From contig OY970218.1 of assembly GCA_963713975.1 (NCBI GenBank), forward strand, positions 1,376,001 to 1,440,000: a stretch of 64,000 bases of DNA, in the 5' to 3' direction. A model generated the notes under the pieces. That model was not told the DNA's origin and did not search any database. It worked only from the letters and a program-made list of their open reading frames with translations. How positions within the stretch are numbered: position 1 is the stretch's first letter; each line of letters opens with the position of its first letter. The translations under genes and the position numbers were made by a program. Below are positions 59,001 through 64,000 of the stretch, piece after piece. This stretch comes from an uncultured Chloroflexia bacterium. Lineage in GTDB: Bacteria; Chloroflexota; Limnocylindria; Limnocylindrales; CSP1-4.

Positions 59001-61051
59001 GGGCCAGCAGCTACGCCAACAACCAGTCGACCGCGTCCGTCACTGTCGAGTGCCCTGATCTCAAGGTCACCAAAGACGCGGACAACAGCCCGATCAGCGC
59101 GGGCGACATCGCCGGCTACACGATCAAGGTCGAGAACGTCGGTGCGGGCAAGGCCTACGCCGTCACCCTGACCGATACGCTCCCGGCGGGCGTGACCTGG
59201 AGCGCGGCAAGCGACGCCTGCTCGATCACGGACGGCGTCCTCTGGTGCGACCTCGGCACGCTCCTCCCGGGCAGCAGCCGGACGGTCACCGTTTCCGGTG
59301 AGACCACCGCAGGATCCTGCGGCTCGCTCCCCAACAGCGCCACGACATCCGCCTCCAACGAGCCCGGCTCGGCGCTCGGCAACAACACGGATGGCGCCAC
59401 GGTTCTCGTGGACTGCCCCCGGATCGTGATCACAAAATCCACGGTCACCCCCGTGGTCTCGGCCGGTGACCAGGTCTCGTTCGACATCGAAGTCACCAAC
59501 ACGGGTGCCGGCAACGCGTACGGCGTGACTGTCGGCGACTCGCTGCCGGCTACCGCCGGGATCAGCTGGTCGATCGACGCCGCCAACACCACCGGTGCCT
59601 GGTCCATCGACAACGGCACCCTCGAGCTCGGCCCGGTCACCCTGGCCGGCGGTACGAGCGTCAAGGTCAGGATCGTGAGTGGCACGACGACTGCGAGCTG
59701 CTCAACCATTCCCAACCTCGCCGAGCTCACCTACCAGGGCGGCTCGGGCTCCGATGACTCGTCGCTCGTGGTCGAATGCCCCGACGTGACGATCCGCAAG
59801 ACGGCTGCCAACAGCCCGATCCTTGCCGGCCAGACCGCCTCCTACACCATCTCCGCCTGGAACCTCGGCCCCGGCACGGCCTACGACGTCGTGATCACCG
59901 ACCAGCTTCCGGCCGGCGTGGCATGGACTGTGGACAACCAGGGCTGCGCGATCGTCGAGGGCATGCTGACCTGCCAGGTCGGCACGCTGGCCAAGGCCGA
60001 CGAACCGTTCACGGTCAGGCTCAGCGGCCCCACCGTGGCCGCCAACTGCGGTGACCTGCCCAATGTCGCGGCCGTCTCGGCAGCGAACGAGGTTGCGGGT
60101 GCCATCGGCAACAATGAGGACGACGCCTCGATCACCGTCCTGTGCCCCTTCGTCTCGATCGCCAAGACCAACGACGCCGAGGGCAAGCAGGCGCCGGGCG
60201 ACACCATCGGCTACGAGCTCACCCTCAGCGTGATCAACGGCCCCATCGCGACGATGGCGGTCGAGGATGTCCTTCCTGCGGACTTCGGGACCCCGTCCGC
60301 CATCTCGGACGGCGGCGTCTATGACCCGCCGACCCGGACGATCACCTGGGCCCTCGCCAGCGTGGATGACGGCAGGACCCTGACCTACGACGTCGTGATC
60401 GACGCGGCGACGCAGGGGGGCAGCTACGTCAACACCGCCACGATCACCGATGGTCCGTGTGTCGAGGACTGCTCCGACACCTCGGTCGTCCCCGTCTGGC
60501 GCGTGGCCATCGCCAAGTCCAACAACGCCGCGAAGCCACTGACCGAGGGCGCCAGCGTCGGCTACACCCTCACCTTCGCGGTCCAGAACGGTCCGGTCGC
60601 AAGCCTGGTCGTGACCGATACCCTGCCCGCAGAGGTCGTGGATCCCCGTGACTTCAGCGTCGCGCCCGTCTCGATCGTGGGCCAGGTCATCACCTGGAGC
60701 CTGGCTGACGTGACCGATGGCAGCGCCATCTCGTACACGGCCACCATTGCCGTCGGGATTGTCACCGGCAGCTATACGAACGTCGCCGTCATCACCGAGG
60801 GACCGTGCGTCGGCGACGATTGCACCGCCAAGTCGGTCGTGAACACGGCAGCGGTGGAAGATGCGACGGGAACACCGAAGGTCACCCCAAAGCCCACGCC
60901 GCCCGCCACCGACACCCTGACCCGCGAGCCGGGTCAGACGACCGGCGGCGGCCTCCCCCTCATCCTGTTTGCGATCACCGGCCTCGTGGCGGTGCTGGGG
61001 GTCCTGACTCCCAACCCGGCGCGGGTCCGGCGGCAGCGCCGCCGCGGGTAG
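56024..61051 (+). CDS. Large adhesin-like surface protein: VWA domain, about 10 DUF11-like Ig repeats, TPPATDT-TM-basic tail
   Basis: DQSGS MIDAS, T and SDG motifs; repeated xKT..V.AGD.I.F.I.V.N.G.G.A..V.V.D.LP..N.A units; GGAGGT SD. Confidence 0.88.
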   Translation: MRSRGYPSTLPADARKSLAFLWTAVLLCSLLLQSLAISAPAKSLAADDPACGLVPIDVEIILDQSGSMAQNSNAGHTRAYWAQQAAKQLVADLDANGGVGTGPATSSGARHRVGLTTFRGTIGSPSGYPGYAVVSSLASQNASGLATSIDGLSASGNTPFKAGMAGGAADMNAHKRGTDFGLPVTNVIVFISDGRPNPDGPSSGWGNGTSQRPTQANANAFKASADQVFSIGIGSGGSGASQVDLALMQALAKPNDAAHYANIVDSSKLPNLFRDIFSEIACKSYPTIETEVRQGGAPVSQVNKGDSVEDHAAITGGSGPVDGSVAFFVCRDASTKPDCSSGGTKVGASVSYAGDGVSSDPFTPSQLGYYCFRAEFNAAAGSNYLDTSHTNKSSECFQVLPSEVDLVKTADAASVSAGEPIGFTLTIRSKGPGAAYGVKVSDALPTDAGLDWSLDAANTTGTWSLAGGVLSFGGADGVTMTLGTEYTAHVTSPTTKATCGKVTNTGDATTTNDGTDTASADVTVLCPDIKVSKSPNAGAINAGDTATFTIKVENIGPGNATGVTVTDNLPAGLTWAESEADCSISGAAGSQVLTCNIGSLAAGAARTYTVSAVTSKANCGVIDNTATASATNERTSAEDNNTDSGAITVQCAEIDVTKAADAKSVSAGDSIGFTVTVKNAGDGIAYDVTATDNLAPSFAWSIDPSAGWTLNGTILSFAAGQMAAGASSSVHVTAPTTADSCGIVVNTATASAANDGSDQASAQTEVMCPDVVVVKTAVASPVNAGDGIAFDIVADNVGDGIARNVTLTDTLPTGIAWSEDSNACSITDGVLSCDFGDLANGASAKVRVSGTTTPTVCGIVPNTATVAATNEPVGLKGNNTDGDSVTVNCPDIEVSKTADDSSISAGDTAAFTIVVKNLGPGAASDVTLADPLPAGVTWTTSSVGCSVDDGTLNCDLGTLAAGASATVHVSGVTSAAVCGTLTNTAAAFASNERASSYANNQSTASVTVECPDLKVTKDADNSPISAGDIAGYTIKVENVGAGKAYAVTLTDTLPAGVTWSAASDACSITDGVLWCDLGTLLPGSSRTVTVSGETTAGSCGSLPNSATTSASNEPGSALGNNTDGATVLVDCPRIVITKSTVTPVVSAGDQVSFDIEVTNTGAGNAYGVTVGDSLPATAGISWSIDAANTTGAWSIDNGTLELGPVTLAGGTSVKVRIVSGTTTASCSTIPNLAELTYQGGSGSDDSSLVVECPDVTIRKTAANSPILAGQTASYTISAWNLGPGTAYDVVITDQLPAGVAWTVDNQGCAIVEGMLTCQVGTLAKADEPFTVRLSGPTVAANCGDLPNVAAVSAANEVAGAIGNNEDDASITVLCPFVSIAKTNDAEGKQAPGDTIGYELTLSVINGPIATMAVEDVLPADFGTPSAISDGGVYDPPTRTITWALASVDDGRTLTYDVVIDAATQGGSYVNTATITDGPCVEDCSDTSVVPVWRVAIAKSNNAAKPLTEGASVGYTLTFAVQNGPVASLVVTDTLPAEVVDPRDFSVAPVSIVGQVITWSLADVTDGSAISYTATIAVGIVTGSYTNVAVITEGPCVGDDCTAKSVVNTAAVEDATGTPKVTPKPTPPATDTLTREPGQTTGGGLPLILFAITGLVAVLGVLTPNPARVRRQRRRG

Positions 61052-61123
61052 CCCGAGGCGGCTGCGCCTGCCGCTCGTCCCGGGTCATCCTGGACACGCG
61101 GCAGGCCTGCCGGAACCGAACCA

Positions 61124-61176
61124 GGGTCCCCGAGACCCGGACGGGACGCACGCGCCTGAGTGCGTCCCGTCCGCCA
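61124..61176. repeat. 53-bp direct repeat, copy 2
   Basis: Identical to 54482-54534. Confidence 0.9.
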
Positions 61177-61226
61177 TCTCACGTCGGACACGGCACCCGG
61201 TGCAGCTCTGAGCCCACCCGCGTGGT

Positions 61227-61976
61227 TCAGAGCTGCAGGCGCGTCCCCGGCCACACCATCTCGACTGGACCGTCATACGCGGCGCGGCACGAGGCGACCG
61301 TCTCCTCGGGGTCGTGGCCCATCTGGAGGTGGGTGAGGAGGACCCGGCCCGCGCCGGTCGCCGCGGCGAGCCGTCCGACCGCCGGGCCGTCGAGGTGGAG
61401 CACGCCACGCGGGATCGGCCCCGGCCCGAACGAGACCTCGCACAGGAGCGTGTCGCCCGGACGCACAAGCGGCGCGATGTCCTCGGGCCGTCCGCAGTCG
61501 CCGCTGTAGACCAGGCCGGGTCCCTGCCCGTCCACCACGATCACCCGGATGGCGTAGCTCTCGTCCGTGTGCGCGACCAGCCTGCCTTGGATCCCCAGCG
61601 CCCCCGCGTGGTGTGCCGTCTCGCCGAGGGTGGCGGCGTCCAGCGACTCGGCCGTGAACCCCGGCTGGGCATGCAGCGCGTCCAGGCGTCCGGTCAGGGC
61701 CGACGGACCGAGCACGCGCATGCGTCGCCCGGGCTGGAACTCGTAGCGCAGGTAGTGCCGGAGGGGCACGAGGTCGATGAAGTGATCGGGGTGCAGGTGG
61801 CTGACCACGACGGTGTCGAGATCCTCGGGTCGGACGTGCGGGAAGACCCGTGTGAAGGACCCCTGCCCCAGGTCCAGCAGCACGTGCGTCCCATCGTGCT
61901 CGACGAGGTAGCAGGCGCCCGAGGCGCCATCACGATCGGTGTACGCGGGACCGGCGCCCAGCACCGTCAGTCGCAT
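61227..61976 (-). CDS. MBL-fold hydrolase (RNase Z / cyclic-nucleotide phosphodiesterase-like)
   Basis: LTVLG, LLDLG, SHLHPDH, YSGD and LLTH motifs; GAGGTG SD. Confidence 0.85.
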   Translation of the reverse strand: MRLTVLGAGPAYTDRDGASGACYLVEHDGTHVLLDLGQGSFTRVFPHVRPEDLDTVVVSHLHPDHFIDLVPLRHYLRYEFQPGRRMRVLGPSALTGRLDALHAQPGFTAESLDAATLGETAHHAGALGIQGRLVAHTDESYAIRVIVVDGQGPGLVYSGDCGRPEDIAPLVRPGDTLLCEVSFGPGPIPRGVLHLDGPAVGRLAAATGAGRVLLTHLQMGHDPEETVASCRAAYDGPVEMVWPGTRLQL

Positions 61977-61986
61977 CGGGGGCACC

Positions 61987-62949
61987 TCACCGGCTGGAGC
62001 GTACCCGTCCGGGACCGGCGACATCCCGCGGCACGGGAACGGCGACGCGTGCTCCCCCGCGCCGGAACGTCAGGGCCTGGAATCCGGCGCTCGAGACCTG
62101 GCGGTACGCAGCGGCGAGGCCGTAGCCGAACCACTCCACCCGGTGGGCGTCCGATCCGACGGTCACGTGCCGTCCGCCGAGCTCGCGATAGCGGGCAACG
62201 ATCGCGGCGGACGGATATGTCTCGCGCGGCAGCTGGCGCAGGCCGGAGGCGTTGACCTCCAGGGCCGTGCCGGTCTCGACGAGCGCGGCCAGGACCGGCT
62301 CATAGAGCTCCGGCGCCGCGGCCAGCTGGGCGGGCATCACGTGCGGCACGAGGTAGCGCTTGACGAAGTCCATGTGGCCGATGGTGTCGAACAGGCCGGA
62401 TCGAGCGGCGCCGATCACCTCGTCGAAGTAGGGCGCCACGATGTCCGAGAGGGAACGTCCGGCCGTGAACGAGGCAACGTTGGACGCCTTGTACGGCGAC
62501 ACGGCGCTGACATGCACGCTGCCGATCACGTAGTCGTGGGGATGGCGTCGCAGCCAGCCGCGGATGTCCTCTTCGAGGCGGCGCTCGTAGGTGACCTCCA
62601 CGCCGAACCGGATCGCCAGGCCGTGGGGCGCCCAGCGTTCGGCCGCCTCCCGCACGTCGCGCTCGCGGTCCGTGAACGAGGCGAACCCGTAGGCGGGCAT
62701 GGTCGGGTCGAAGTCCACGTGGTCAGTGATGGCCAGCTCCGGGATCCCGCGCTCGGCGGCGAGGAGGCAGTACGCCTCCAGCATCGCGTTCGCATCCGGC
62801 GAGCGGACCGTGTGCATGTGGGAGTCGAGGGGGAGGTCCCGCGCGTCGCCGAGGCCGGCCGCCATGCCGGCCTTCCAGACGTCGTGCTCGATGTCTGCGC
62901 GGGGACGCGTGTCGGCCGGGTCGGGCGTGCCGAGCGAGGTACGGCTCAC
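61987..62949 (-). CDS. PHP-family histidinol-phosphatase (HisJ-like)
   Basis: DSHMHT, ITDH, GSVH, GHMD, EVNASG and GSDAH motifs; GTGA overlap with the upstream gene. Confidence 0.85.
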   Translation of the reverse strand: MSRTSLGTPDPADTRPRADIEHDVWKAGMAAGLGDARDLPLDSHMHTVRSPDANAMLEAYCLLAAERGIPELAITDHVDFDPTMPAYGFASFTDRERDVREAAERWAPHGLAIRFGVEVTYERRLEEDIRGWLRRHPHDYVIGSVHVSAVSPYKASNVASFTAGRSLSDIVAPYFDEVIGAARSGLFDTIGHMDFVKRYLVPHVMPAQLAAAPELYEPVLAALVETGTALEVNASGLRQLPRETYPSAAIVARYRELGGRHVTVGSDAHRVEWFGYGLAAAYRQVSSAGFQALTFRRGGARVAVPVPRDVAGPGRVRSSR

Positions 62950-64000
62950 CCTGCAGTCACGCCCAGCTCGCGGCCCACGCGGTCGAAGGCCGCCACGGCC
63001 TGGTCGAGCATGGCGTCCGTGTGGGCGGCGGTCACGATCGTCCTGATCCGCGACCGGTCCAGGGCGACGGTGGGGAACACCACCGAGGTGCCGAACACCC
63101 CTTCCTCGAACAGGCGGTCCGAGAAGCGGATCGTCGTCTCGGCGTCGCCGAGCATGACGGGCGTGATCGGGGTCTCGCTGCCGCCGATGTCGAAGCCCAG
63201 CCGCGCGAGCTCGGCCTTGAACCGGCGGGTGTTCGCCCACAGGCGAGCGAGCAGCTCCGGCTCCTCCTGCATGATGGCGATGGCCTCGCGGCAGGCGGCG
63301 GCAACCGCCGGCGGATGGCTCGTGGAGAACAGGAACGGCCGCGCACGCTGGACCAGGATGTCACGCAGCGCCTGGGTGCCGGCAACGTAGCCGCCGAGGA
63401 CCCCCACCGCCTTCGACAGCGTGCCGACCTGGATCGCGACGCGGCCGTCCAGCCCGAAGTGGTTCACGGACCCGCGGCCGTCGGTCCCGAGCACGCCAGA
63501 GGCGTGGGCGTCGTCCACCATGACGGCGGCGCCAAAGGCCTCGGCCACGTCCACGATCCCCGGCAGCGGTGCGATGTCACCGTCCATGCTGAACACCCCG
63601 TCGGTCACGACGAGAATCAGCCGGTAGGGCGCCCCCTGCCCATCCCGCCCCTGCTCGGTGGCCTCGGCAAGGACCTGGCGCAGCGAGTCGATGTCCGCGT
63701 GCCGGTAGACCTTGCGGGGCGCCTTCGAGAGGCGCATGCCGTCGATGATGCTGGCGTGGTTGAGCTCGTCCGACACGATCAGGTCGGTCTCGCCCGTGAT
63801 GGTGGGGAGCACGCCGGTGTTGGCGCTGAAGCCGGACTGAAAGGTGAGGACCGCAGCGGTGTGCTTGAACGCCGCGAGGTCCGCCTCGAGAGCCTCGTGG
63901 AGGACCATCGTGCCGGCGATCGTGCGCACGGCCCCGGAGCCCGCGCCGTAGCGCTCGACCGCCGCCATCGCCGCGCGCTTCATGCGCGGGTGGTGGGACA
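62946..64000 (-). CDS. Glycine C-acetyltransferase / 8-amino-7-oxononanoate synthase family, 5'-truncated by the window
   Basis: [26 protein letters not shown] and GTLSKA motifs. Confidence 0.9.
   Translation of the reverse strand, partial: SHHPRMKRAAMAAVERYGAGSGAVRTIAGTMVLHEALEADLAAFKHTAAVLTFQSGFSANTGVLPTITGETDLIVSDELNHASIIDGMRLSKAPRKVYRHADIDSLRQVLAEATEQGRDGQGAPYRLILVVTDGVFSMDGDIAPLPGIVDVAEAFGAAVMVDDAHASGVLGTDGRGSVNHFGLDGRVAIQVGTLSKAVGVLGGYVAGTQALRDILVQRARPFLFSTSHPPAVAAACREAIAIMQEEPELLARLWANTRRFKAELARLGFDIGGSETPITPVMLGDAETTIRFSDRLFEEGVFGTSVVFPTVALDRSRIRTIVTAAHTDAMLDQAVAAFDRVGRELGVTAG

Overview
High-GC bacterial chromosomal window with about 55 genes. The GAAC-N4-GTTC SOS boxes and the gene content suggest Chloroflexota or a related Terrabacteria lineage; this is inference only. 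Contents in order: (1) 1-15 kb, a cell-envelope glycosylation region with three sulfatase/LTA-synthase-like membrane paralogs plus a relic of a fourth, GT4, GT2, several GT-C-like membrane proteins, nucleotide-sugar enzymes and a PIG-L deacetylase. (2) 16.6-24 kb on the minus strand, the most striking locus: a MalT-like STAND/TPR/BTAD regulator, a sigma70 promoter, a c-di-GMP-II riboswitch overlapping a terminator, two unannotated micropeptide ORFs with strong SD sites and matching C-termini (MAPIQVFKGW and MKDRLMRALVALGAVAAMALAGGASLKGF), a membrane HD-GYP phosphodiesterase and a DUF5317-MFS fusion. This is a candidate undescribed peptide-signalling system coupled to c-di-GMP. (3) dnaB, lexA, rplI, dinB and a small LexA-box-controlled gene. 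(4) Histidine utilisation genes (hutH, hutU, hutI, formiminotransferase) linked to folate C1 genes (cyclodeaminase, folD, fhs). (5) argS, then two surface proteins that share a TPPxTDT-TM-basic C-terminal signal and are flanked by an identical 53-bp direct repeat. Many genes look leaderless. I saw no tRNA, rRNA, CRISPR array or transposase. All family calls come from motif recognition by eye, not from database searches.
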